A DNA stretch of 64,000 nucleotides, from positions 8,697,941 through 8,761,940 of the forward strand of contig NC_052175.1 in the NCBI RefSeq assembly GCF_902713615.1, given 5' to 3'. Position 1 is the stretch's first letter; every line of letters starts with the position of its first letter. The notes under the pieces were generated by a model, which was not told the origin of the DNA, did not search any database, and saw nothing but the letters and a program-made list of their open reading frames with translations. This stretch comes from Scyliorhinus canicula (lineage: Eukaryota). This document shows positions 52,831 through 64,000 of this stretch, piece by piece. The position numbers were made by a program, and so were the translations under genes.

Positions 52831-53517
52831 CCCTTGGAATATTGCCCACAATTCTGGCCGTCACACGGCCAGATGGATGTGGAGGCTTTGGAGGTTTTAC
52901 AGAGGAGGTTTTCCAGGATGTTGGCTGGCCTGTCAGTAATAGCTACGCGGAGAGGCTGCATAGACTCAAACTATTTTGATTAAAACGGCGGAGGTTTGGA
53001 GGGGGTGTGACCTGACCGACATCCACAAGATTATGAGGGGCATGGAGTGGTTGGGCAGGCACTCTTTCCCACGGTGGAGGAGTCAGTCAGTCAGTTTATG
53101 GTACGTGGGACAATGTCTCGAGGAGACGTGCGAGGCAGTTTGTTTTTACACAGAGGGTGGTGAGTGCCTGGATCACGTTGCCACGTTGTGGAAGCACATA
53201 CATTCACGGAGTTTAAAAAAGTTTCTCTACAAATACATGGATGGAATGGGTAAAAAGGGATACGGGACAAGGAAGTGCGGAGGGTTTTGGCCAAGGTTAG
53301 TATCATAACTAGTACAGGCTTGGAGGGCCGAGGGTGGAGGAGTCAGTCACCAGGGGGCATAGGTTTATGGTACGTGGGACAATGTCTCGAGGAGACGTGC
53401 GAGGCAGTTTGTTTTTACACAGAGGGTGGTGAGTGCCTGGATCACGTTGCCACGTTGTGGAAGCACATACATTCACGGAGTTTAAAAAAGTTTCTCTACA
53501 AATACATGGATGGAATG
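52830..53517 (+). mobile_element. Old CR1 3' fragment with a perfect 155-bp duplication (53094-53248 = 53363-53517)
   Basis: LEYCPQFW..EALE..QRRFSRML remnant; manual comparison shows identity. Confidence 0.8.
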
Positions 53518-54361
53518 TGCTGTATTGTTCTTTGTTCTTTCTTTCTTCTTCCTTTTCCCCTTCCTTCTTCCCGTCCCGTGCCACTGCTTTCTTTCATTTC
53601 TTCCCTCTTTACTCGGTTCCCTATATACTTTCCTTCTTCCCTTCTAACTCATTGCCCGCAGAGAACTAAATAAATAGATACTAATGTAAAGCAAGTAATT
53701 TTATTAAATCACCAGTCTGTAACAAATGAGGAGGTTAACTTTAATTCACTTTTAATGTAATTTTATTAAACCACCAGTGTTTAATTCACGACTCGATTGT
53801 GTGAGTCAAGAGAGGTCACTTTTTCAGAAGCTGGAAATCTGATATGAAATTTAGAAATTGTGGAATAAATTACCAGGTCAGGCAGCATCTATGACAATTG
53901 GACCTCGGATGCTGTCTTTGGCGCACACTGCGAATAATGCTCAGATTTAAAATCTTCAAATGGCTTTCCTATGTTTTTGGTGAAGATTCATACTTGTTAT
54001 TCGTCTGAAATTCGTGAATATTCGTTCAAGTTTTGGTTTGATGCAATCTCTCTTGCTCCTTACAGTTGAATTTAGAAAGGGCGACTGTGAAAATTCCTTT
54101 CAGAGTTGTGGGGCATTGTTCCTCCGTCTTCAGGGAATTGTACATTTGGAAATTCTGGTTTTGTGTTTAATGCCTTAGAGTTTTAGATGTTAACTTTGTT
54201 TGTTCAGTGACTGTAATCAACTCCAGGCATCATGGGACCCCGGGTCTTGACTTTCTTTCGCTCCCTCCTCATAAAGAAAGGGATTCTTTCCAAACGTGAG
54301 CAGATAATTTCTTCCACTATCAACAGCAACACCTAATTCGTCACACTTAACTGAGGACAAC

Positions 54362-57300
54362 ATGGCTCTCAGTTTTCTGATGAAGCTCAAGATTCTTTGG
54401 GCACTTAATGACATAGAAAAGATTTACTTCCCCATCTTGGCCGCGATCGGCGTCCCACGTAAGTCATTACCTGGGTTTTGTACTTATGTCTCTTAAAGCT
54501 TTAACAGATCCAACTTATTTTCTTGCTTTCCCTGAATTACAACAGTGAAAACGTTTTAACATTACGGCAGTATATCTATGCGAAAGATACCTCCATGGTC
54601 GGAAAGTTATTTAGAATGATTGGACTTTGCGACTCATATTTATTTAATTATTTCTTTCTATGTCTACTTTTTTCATTTTCTTTCCCTATTTCTTTCCTTG
54701 TTTATTTATTTTCATGTATCTTTCTTTCCTGGTTTATTTTTTCTTCCTTTATATCTATCTGTCAAACTATCTTTCTTTCTTTCTTTATTTCTTCCGTACT
54801 TTCTTTCTATCTTCCTGACNNNNNNNNNNNNNNNNNNNNNNNNNNNNNNNNNNNNNNNNNNNNNNNNNNNNNNNNNNNNNNNNNNNNNNNNNNNNNNNNN
54901 NNNNNNNNNNNNNNNNNNNNNNNNNNNNNNNNNNNNNNNNNNNNNNNNNNNNNNNNNNNNNNNNNNNNNNNNNNNNNNNNCTTCCTCTTTTTCATATATA
55001 ATTTTCTTCTTCCCTCGTTTCTCTGTTCTTTCTTAAAGTGTACATTTGACGATGGGCTATGTTGCACTGGCGTAAACTCCCATTCACTCATGTGAACACA
55101 ATGGTTAATACACCTTGATGTCCGTAAGACCAGAAGACCATACGATTAGCACAATCATCCAATAGCTCCGGCACGGCCATTCATTGGTGGTTGAGACGTT
55201 TCTCAACCACATAATCCTGCCTTCGCCCCGTAAACCCTGGTCCCAATGTTAATCAGCAACCTATCTCTCTCTGTCTTAAAGCCGCTCACTGATTTGGTGT
55301 ACACAACCATCTGCGGCAGTGTTCCACAGATTCACCGTCATCTGGCTGAATAAATTCCTTCTCACCTCTGTTTTAAAGGATCGTGCCTACAGTCTGAGTC
55401 TTTACCTTCGGGTTCTTGTTTTTTCTACAAGTGGAAACATTCTCTCCATGTCCACTATTTCAAGGTCTCTCACTATCCTGGATATTGCAATGAGTTCCCC
55501 CCTCAACCTTCTAAACTCCAACGAGTCGCCCATAATATGTTAAATTTCTGAATTCCGTCAAACTACTCCGTATTTCATTAAGTGTTTCCAGTTTGCTGTA
55601 CGTACGGAGACAGGTGTTGTTTGGGAAATTTGCCCCTGATCTCATCTGGTCACATATTCAGCATGTTGTAATCATTCTGCTGAAAAAATCATTGCTACCA
55701 GGTTAATGAACATTGAACATTCTTCCAGCAGCTTCCTTTTTAAGGATTTCAACATCGTGTGATTCGTTGTCTGAAAATTTCTGTTTCCACTTCTCACAAT
55801 TCTAATTTTAAGCAATTGTTCATTATTTCTAAGCTCTTGGCCTGTTTTATTTCAAATGACTGGTGCGCTTGTGTGTCTGACTGGCATATGATATGACCCT
55901 TTGACTATTGTTAATGCCATTCTTGATACAATTCTGCATTTTCACTATTTTTTTTTCCATAGTACTGAAGGATTTTGTAGCTAATTCAATTGTTCTAATT
56001 CAGTGTGCAGGAGACGGAGGATACACCACATTCTCAATTGTCTTTTAAATGTAGCTAATATATAGAGCAGCACGGTGGCATCGTGGTTAGCACAATTGCT
56101 TCACAGCTCCAGGGTCCCAGGTTCGATTCCAAGCTTGGGTTACTGTCTGCAGAGTCTGCACGTTCTCCCCGTGTGTGCGTGGGTTTCCTCCGGTTGCTCC
56201 GGTTTCCTACCACAGTCGAAAGATGTGCCGGTTCGGTGGATTGGTCATACTAATTTGCCTTTCGTGCTGGGTGGGGTGACTGGGTTATGGGGATAGTGTG
56301 GGGGTGTGGGCATGGGTAGGGTGCTTATTCCAAGAGCCGGTGCAGACTCGATGGGCCGAATGGCCTCCTTCTGCACTGTAAATTGTATGACACTATCGGG
56401 CCAGAACGGTGGCACAGTGGTTAGCACTGCTGCCTCATAGTGGCAGGCATACGGGTCCAAGTCCGGCGTTGAGTGACTGACTGTCAGGAGTTTGCATTTT
56501 CTACAGGAGTGCTTAATGCCCTAAATACATTTACTGCAGTACGTGTGTGAGCACACAAAGTGAGCACTGTTAATTAACTGAAAACCAGTTTTCTTTTTCT
56601 ACGTAACCCGCTTATTTCCCATCGCCTGCACGGTGTTTAGAGCTGTTAAGGTGGACAGATAAGCCTTTCATATCTGAAAGCAGAAAGGACTGCTTCACTC
56701 ACACAAAGTGTGGCAAAATCGTACGTTTTCTCCAGGCTGTTCCGGAATAAGTTGCGGAGGCCGGATGAACGACATTTCTTTGATTGCTCTCCCTTCTCGA
56801 GCTGAATTGGAGTTGAGAGCTCAATTGGAACAGGCGGTACGGTGGCACAGTGGTTAAAATGTCTCCCTTACCGTGCCGGGTACCTCCTGTTCAATCCCGG
56901 CCTTGCGTGACGATGCGGAGTTTTTGTGTTATCCCCATGTGCTCTCGATTTCTCTCACTGTTCAAAGATCTGCAAATTCGGTGTTTCGACCAATTGACCT
57001 TCAGTATCCAATGACTGCAGATTAAGTAGGGTTATCGGGATAGGTTGGGATAGTGGACCGAGAAGGGCTGCGATTTTTCAGGGTCAGTGCAGATTTGCTG
57101 GGACGAATGACCTGCTTCTGCACAATAGAAATTCTTTGGAAAAGTGTTTCTCCCTCACAGGCAATTATTTGAAGAAAACAACCCTGATTATAATCCAATT
57201 TTCCCGCACTTGGCCTTGGCATCTCAGACCCACATCTAAACACATTTTGTAAGTGTCAAGAGAGTTACTACCTCCACCACCATTTCAGGCATTGAGGTAC

Positions 57301-59462
57301 AGGCACTCACCACGCTTTGGAGGAAATTTATTTTACTCAGATATCCTCGAAACCTCCTGCCCCTTACCTGGGGCTGGTTTAGCACACTGGGCTAAATCGC
57401 TGCCTTTAAAGCAGACCAAGGCAGGCCAGCAGCACGGTTCAATTCCCTTACCAGCCTCCCCGAATATGCGCCGGAATGTGGCGGCAAGGGGCTTTTCACA
57501 GTAACTTCATTGAAGCCTACTCATGACAATAAGCGATTTTCATTTTCATTAAATATGTTCCCCATTGCTCGCTCCACCAATGAGAAATATTTCTTTCTGT
57601 CTAATTTATCTATGCCCCTCATTCTTTTATACATGACAATCATGGTCCCCTCAGTCTCCTCTCCTCCCAGAAAAATAAACAGCCTATCAAATCTCTCTTC
57701 ATAACTAAACCGCTCCAGCCCAGGCAGAATCCTTGTCAATCTCCCCATGTTCCCGAACGGACAATCATATTTCTCCGATGATGCGGATTTAAAAATTGCA
57801 GACAAAATTCCAGCTATGCTATAACAAACGTTTTATAGACTAACCAACGTTTAATGGAAGAGACAGGCCTATTAGCAAGCTCTCCCTCTGAGAGCTTTAT
57901 TAGAGCTGAGTTTTGTAAAAGGGTGTTCCTCCACAGCATTTTCTGGGAGAGTTCCCTCCATGCCTGAATCGAATGACCGACTGCAACCTGTCCCTGGTCT
58001 CCTGTGGTTATTCGGATGAAGTCCAGCAAGATGTCTGACAACACCAGGTTAAAGTCCAACATGTTTGTTTCAAACACTTGCTTTTGGAGCTCATTCCTCA
58101 TTCACCTGAAGAAGGAGCAGTGTTCCGAATGCTAGTGTTTGAAACAAACATGTTGTACTTTAACCTGGTGTTGTAAGACTTCTTACTGTGCTCACCCCAG
58201 TCCAACGCCGGCATCTCCATTCATGAAGTCCAGCAGATTGGTTTCTTTTTATTTGAATTTATCTCTTCTTAATCTATTCTATTTAGTTTAAATTCACAAT
58301 ACATTTGAAGTCATGTTTAATTTGTGTGATTTATTACACTGATTTCACTGATTACACACCCGAACTCCATTTTTGTTCTAAAATATTCTGCAATACTATA
58401 TTTCATCACTGCAGGTCCTTGACGAATATTAATTGATTGTGAAGAATATACTTATGCATATTACTGAAAGTGTTGCCTTGGTTCATGGGAAATACTTTAG
58501 TATTCTGGCATTGTGGTGTATAACTCTACATTCTCTTTGTGCTTTCAGTTAACCTGGTGACGATTATGGTCATCTGTCGTGGTAAGTGTGGCCTCTCTAA
58601 ATGTGTAACAAGCTACCTTGTTGCAATGGCAGTAGCGGACCTATTGGTGGTTATCATCGATCTGATACTCAGGCAGATTCCTATCGTTTATCGCGAGCAA
58701 TCAACCTTTATGTACTCTGTTCGCATTTGCAATTATCATGCCGTTCTGCTTTATGCTGTCACTGACTGTTCTGTCTGGTTCACCGTCACTTTCACCTTTG
58801 ATCGATTTGTGGCTATCTGTTCTCAAAAACTGAAAACTAAATATTGCACTGTGAAGACAGCCTCTATTGTCCTTGGGGCAGTGACTGCACTTAGTTGTTT
58901 GAAGAACATTTTCTGGTTTTTTATGTATACAAGTGCATATTCACTTTCTAACAGTCCTTGGTTTTGCCACGTGAAAGTTGCTGTACTTCGCTCGTTGGTC
59001 TGGTCCATCATTGAATTTATTCATTATGTTTCAAATCCTTTATTTCCATTTGTTTTGATACTGTTGTTCAATGCATTGACGGTGAAAAATATTATCGTGG
59101 CCAACAGGTCTCGCAGGCGATTCCAGTGTCAGAGAAGTGCGGACAGTACCAGTGACCTAGAGATGAGGAGACGAAGGAAATCCATGATTTTACTGTTTGT
59201 GATTTCGGGGAATTTCATAGTGTTGTGGGTCGTCTTCATGGTGTGTTCTGTATTGAAACGACTAGATTACTTGGGGCTTCCAGATCCCCTGCCAACATTT
59301 GTTCGTGAAATAGGGTTCATGCTTCAGCTCCTGAATTACTGCACCAACACGTTCATATATGCTGTTACGCAGAAGAAATTCAGACATGAGCTGAAGAATG
59401 GAGTGAAATATCCCCTCACAATAATTGCCAGATTTCAGTCAGAAGGACTCAAACATTTTTAA
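54362..59462 (+). CDS. GPR139/GPR142-like orphan class A GPCR, join(54362..54458,58549..59462), 336 aa
   Basis: Exon 1 MALSFLMKLKILWALNDIEKIYFPILAAIGVP with C|GTAAGT; acceptor GCTTTCAG; phases match (97+914=1011 nt); seven hydrophobic segments, YLVAMAVADLL, FTFDRFVAIC, WFC, NYCTNTFIY; intron spans the N gap so exon linkage is assumed. Confidence 0.88.
54820..54980. other. Assembly gap (161 N) within a CT-rich tract
   Basis: Run of N flanked by TC-rich simple sequence. Confidence 1.
55200..55530 (-). mobile_element. CR1 3' fragment
   Basis: AAATTCCTTCTCACCTCTG, ACAAGTGGAAACAT blocks like other CR1 3' ends in the window. Confidence 0.75.
56065..57135 (+). mobile_element. Cluster of HE1-type SINEs (about 56065-56390, 56405-56490 head only, 56835-57135 diverged)
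   Basis: Repeated GCACGGTGGC..GTGGTTAG heads and cores. Confidence 0.82.
57362..57550 (+). mobile_element. Second tRNA-derived SINE family
   Basis: GGGGCTGGTTTAGCAC A-box, GGTTCAATTCCC B-box, tail GAAGCCTACT..ACAATAAGCGATTTTCA; partial tail copy at about 10320-10375. Confidence 0.75.
57560..57990 (-). mobile_element. Old CR1 3' fragment
   Basis: RLTRILPGLERFSYEERFDRL remnant. Confidence 0.7.
58038..58225. mobile_element. Penelope-like inverted terminal remnant with hammerhead-like core
   Basis: 41-bp inverted arms 58038-58078 and 58134-58174 (1 mismatch); loop has CTGAAGA-A-GGAGC-AGT-GTTCC-GAAT. Confidence 0.65.
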
Positions 59463-59619
59463 CATTTTTACGTATTTTCTGAGTCACAGTCCGAAGAATT
59501 CAATCCCAGTTTTACTTATTTGTGTACAACTACCTTTCCGACATGGAATTACGTTGTCATTCGTTCACTGCTACCATGTAAAATCCTGAAAAGCCCTCCC
59601 TAACATGGGTGCGCCTACA

Positions 59620-59967
59620 TTTCATAGAATTTACAGTGCAGAAGGAGGCCATTCGGCCCATCGAGTCTGCACCGGCTCTTGGAAAGAGCACCTACCCAAG
59701 GTCAACACCTCCACCCTATCCTATAACCCAGTAACCCCACCCAACACTAAGGGCAATTTTGGGCACTAAGGGCAATTTATCATGGCCAATCCACCTAACC
59801 TGCACATCTTTGGACTGTGGGAGGAAACCGGAGCACCCGGAGGAAATCCACGCACAGACGGGTCGGATGTGCAGACTCCGCACAGACAGTGACCCAAGCC
59901 GGAATCGAACCTGGGACCCTGGAGCTGTGAAGCAATTGTTCTATCCACAATGCTACCGTGCTGCCCC
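59620..59967 (-). mobile_element. HE1-type SINE, young
   Basis: Near-identical to the minus copy at 21945-22280. Confidence 0.93.
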
Positions 59968-60689
59968 ATGGAGTACAATACTTCAAGTAGGTGGCTCACC
60001 AGCAACTTATGGCAATTAGAGATATGCAATAATATTGGCCTTGCCAGGTATACATTTTCGATGCATGGCGTTTACAAGCTGACTCTGAGCATTTAATGAG
60101 AGGTTACTGTCGGAATGAAAACTTATTATGGTTTTCTTTTCTCGACTAATTCAAATTCCAGTCAGTGAGGGGGTGTTTGTTTCCTAAGGTCTGGCCAGTT
60201 TTTCTGATCATTGTTTTAAAAATTAATGTGTTTTGAAAGTCAGGACAGCAACCGGGAAGTCAACAATGGCAGGAAGCAGAAATGAAGACTTCAAAAGTTA
60301 TTGACTTCCACACCGTCACTGGGAACTTTCGAGAAAAATACCAATTTTCTGTATTGTGTTGCCATGCATCCTGCCCACTCCAGCCTCTGTTTTAATCTAA
60401 GTCTGTTATCCCGTTTGCACGCTGACTGTGAATTGATTGCACCAAAACATTCTGCCTAATACCCAGAGAACTTGTTCCTTTCCCTGTTATACAATAAAGC
60501 AGACTGAGTTAAATTGTACACTGGGCAATGAAAACATGGTTCACCATTAGACGAAAAATCTGACAAAGCACAACTATATTTCTGAGCCAGAAAAGACTGG
60601 AATGTTACTGCATTTTTCTTGACTCGTGTTTTACACTCCCCAGACAATGCACTCGTGCATCCCATAACAGCAAACAGCTGTATCTCCAT

Positions 60690-61090
60690 GCCAGACACAA
60701 CTGCAGACGAGAGCAGCACATTCATGCATTCCAGTACAGGGCACTCCTGAATCTCAATGACATAAACACTTGCATTACATTTCAGCACACTCCTTCACTC
60801 AGAACTGTGCATTCCTTCATCACAGTACAACTCACTCTTGAATCTCAATAACACAAATCCCTGCATCACAGTAAAGCACTTTCCTTCAACTTGGAACTGT
60901 GCATTCCTTCATCACAGTGAAGCACACTCCTGATTGTCAATGGCATAAATCTCGGCATCACAGCACAGCGAACTCCTTCAACTCAGAACTGTTCATTCCT
61001 TCTACACATTAGAGCATACACTGCAGCCCAGTGCAACAACTCTTTAATCCAACGACAGCACGCTCCTGCATATTTGCAGCACACTCATTT
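60690..61090. repeat. Degenerate tandem repeat, about 90-bp unit built from about 45-bp subunits
   Basis: GAACTGTGCATTCCTTCATCACAGT and CTCCTGAATCTCAATGACATAAA blocks recur 3-4 times. Confidence 0.7.
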
Positions 61091-61104
61091 TACCAATGAC
61101 ATCT

Positions 61105-61300
61105 AGGGCGGCGCAATGGTTAGCACTGATGCCTCACGGTACAGAGGTCCCGGGTTCGACTTGAAGCCCGGGTCACTGTCCATGTGGAGTTTGGAAATTC
61201 TGCCCCCGCCGCCCCCACCCCCCATGTCTGCGTGGGATCGCCCACACAACCGAAAGATGTGCTGGGAAGGTGGATTGGCAGCACTAAATTGTCCATTAAT
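61105..61300 (+). mobile_element. HE1-type SINE, diverged
   Basis: GGGCGGCGCAATGGTTAGCAC head, GGTTCGAC B-box. Confidence 0.8.
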
Positions 61301-61479
61301 TAGAAATGTATATTTAACAAACCGATGGAAAACTGTGGTTATCAAGGAGTTAAGAAATAGAAAAACACGTTATTTTTAAAAGAATGGTCTACTTACAGTG
61401 AGAAACACAAGCAATAGCGAAATAAATTCGAGGTCATGTGGAATAATGCTACATACGTTAACCAAAGTGAAATAAGGTT

Positions 61480-64000
61480 AATGCGACAGAAGAAAATTGA
61501 AGCCACGGCAATACAACTCAGTGTTAAGGTCTGTCATTCCTGCAGAATGTGGGAAGTATTGGATCCTCGTTCTGTCAAGACCAGCACGTGTGTAGAAAGT
61601 GTCACCAGCTGCAATACCCTGAGTTGTGAGCTTTGGAGCTCAGGCGGTGGCTGCAGTCACTGTGACACATCCACGAGGCCAGGAACTATGTGGAGAGCAT
61701 GTTCAATCACGGCACCTCACAGCAACATCGGAGCCTTCGGCAGAAAGGGCATTGACGGCAGGTGGGCAGTCCAAGAAAACCACACATGTTGTGGAGAGTC
61801 CCCTGATGTCCCGTTGATTGATCAGAGTTCCGTTTTGCATACAAGAGAGAGTGTTAATTCCTCAGAAGAGTTTGCTCAGAGACTAATCTGTGGCACCATA
61901 GACAAATCTGCTGTACGGGAGAAGGGAAAGTAGGGGATATGAACAGCAATAAAAATGCAATCGTTCAATGAGTTGTTTCTGTCTGACCATATACTTGACT
62001 CCAGGATGCTATGTTGCCTCCCTGGTGCTAGGACCAAGAATGTCACGGAACAACTTCAGCGCATTCTTCTAGAGCAGCGCGATCAGCTAGAGGTTGCCGT
62101 CCACGTCTGTCCCAATGGATCAGATAGGGAAGATTGCAAGTTCCTGAAAGCAGACTTTAGGGAACTAAAAGGGAGCTTGGAACTAATGATCGCAAAATCA
62201 GAAATCTCAGGATTACTCACTGTCCAACATGCTGATGATTATGCAAACAAGAGACTGAGGGAGTAATCCCATGGTCGTATAGGCGCCATAAGTGGGAGGA
62301 CATCAGCTTTTTGATGCAGTATAACAGGTTCATGGAATCAGAGCTGTGCTAGTCAAATCATCTACAGCTGCAAAGGAATGGGATGAATATATGTTAGCGT
62401 TGTTGGGGGACGTGAAGGGTGGTATTAATCGAGATTAATTGAAGAGTTGGGAATCTGAAGGTAAGTTAAGAGCCTGGATCAAAATATTGGGAATCAGTGA
62501 GTGACGCCGAAAAACAGACAACGCACAGATGTGTAGCAGTGCCTACATATATATATATATAGATATATGTAAATTCAAGGATCATAGTCAATAAATCTGA
62601 TGAGTTTAGGTCACTAATAGACACATGGTGGAATGATATAATTGCCACAACAGAGACTTGGCTTGAGTAGGGGAAACCATGGCATTTAGAACAAAGAACA
62701 AATAAAAGTACAGCACAGCAACAGGCCCTTCGGACCCCCAAGCCTGTGCCGACAACGCTGCCCTTCTAATCTAAAATCTTCCACACTTTCTAATCCCATC
62801 CTATTCATGTATTTGGCAAGATGCCCCTTAAATGTCACTATCGTTCATGATCGCAAGAGTTGATACTGTTTCCAAGCAGGATAGGGAGTGGGGGGGGGGG
62901 GGGGCACCATTATAGGATGAAGAATCAATGACAGGATGGATGATATACTAAATGTAACGTCAAATCAGGTCACATCCGTTGAGCTCAGAAATTTCTAACC
63001 GTGAATTCTCACTGCTATAACTATGATAATCCACCAATTTGCAGAAATGAGTTAGAAGGGCAAATATAGTCAGATTTCTGAGTGTAAAAAAAATAGGGGA
63101 TATCTCTCGGGACCTCAACTACCCAAATATCAATTCGGATACAAATAGTGCGAAAGACATTTCAACTATATTGAAGATAATGTTTCTCGCCAGCACGCAA
63201 TAACGCCAATGAGACGCGTGCACATCTAGATTTAACACACGGAAATGAAGTTGGGTAAGTGGGGGAAGGGGCAGGTGGAACCATTATGGTAACCATAATA
63301 TAGAGGATGCACTGATACTGGAAGGTGGAGAAATTACCAGGTTCATATGGATTGTCTTCAGGCTGTTCAAGGTAGCCAGGAAGGAAATGGGCCGCCGCCT
63401 TAAGGTTCATTTTCCCATGCTCCTTCTATACAGGTGAGGTATCAGAAGGTTAGAGGCCGAGAAATGTTTAACCGTTATTTTAGGATGGTGCAAGGGATAG
63501 GCCTGAATGCTATATGCCAGACAGTCTGACTCCAGTAGTGGGAAGATTATTGGAAATAATTTTGAGAGTCAAACTGTCACTTAGAAAGGCACGGATTGAT
63601 CATGGCTGGTCAGTATGTTTTAATTTGGAGAAGATCATGACTTAGTAACTCCATAGATTTTTATGAAAATGTAAGAGAGGAAGATTGGTGACGGTATTGC
63701 AGTGGATATTGTCTACGTGGATTTCAGTAATGTATTTCACAAGGTCCCTCATGGCAGAATGGTTAGAAAAGTAACATATCATGGGATACAGGGGAAAGAG
63801 GCAGGTTGGATCCAAAACTGGCTCAGTGATAGGAAGCAAAGGGCAAGGAATATATTGCACATGAAAAAGAGATTTCAGTGATCGCCATGGGCGTCAGTGT
63901 CGAGGCCATGTTGTTTGTTGCAAATATTAATGATTTAGGCATAAATGTGGGTGGAAAAATGTTAAATTTGCAGCTGACACAGATTTTGGCCGTTGACACA
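61480..64000 (+). mobile_element. Old degenerate CR1 (ORF1 and ORF2 remnants) running off the window
   Basis: CHSCRMWE, DSRMLCCLPGARTKNV, IIATTETWL, VYVDFSN.FHKVPHG remnants. Confidence 0.85.

Noticed and set aside
50212-55095. Long F/L/S/P-rich ORFs (50212-50706, 52177-52983, 54523-55095)
   Set aside because: Translations of CT-rich simple repeats and of the N gap, not membrane proteins
356-61379. Many recurring 60-130 aa ORFs such as VCTFSPCVRGFPPGAPVSSHSPK and MLCRAMIT..
   Set aside because: Translations of SINE copies on either strand

Overview
Eukaryotic, repeat-dominated window from a cartilaginous fish; the HE1-type tRNA-derived SINEs with (TTCTATG)n tails and partner CR1 LINEs point to a shark, probably a catshark (inference). 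Most of it is CR1, L1 and Rex1-type LINE debris, about 25 SINE copies, simple repeats and a 161-N gap. Host genes: one apparently intact two-exon GPR139/GPR142-like class A GPCR (+, 54362-59462), one paralogous GPCR pseudogene (-, 23088-25912), and scattered remnants of Ig-superfamily genes with leader, V-set, C1-set and TM exons and no convincing RSS. The clearest remnant is a half-V fused to a C1 exon at 34853-35330, part of which is caught in a recent 360-bp inverted duplication. Also present: an internally deleted retrovirus-like LTR element with tandem RNase H architecture split by a CR1, a related solo LTR, an AGCT-rich 33-bp minisatellite, a 27-bp minisatellite and a Penelope-type hairpin with a hammerhead-like core. 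No database searches were run, family names come from motif recognition, and repeat boundaries are approximate.
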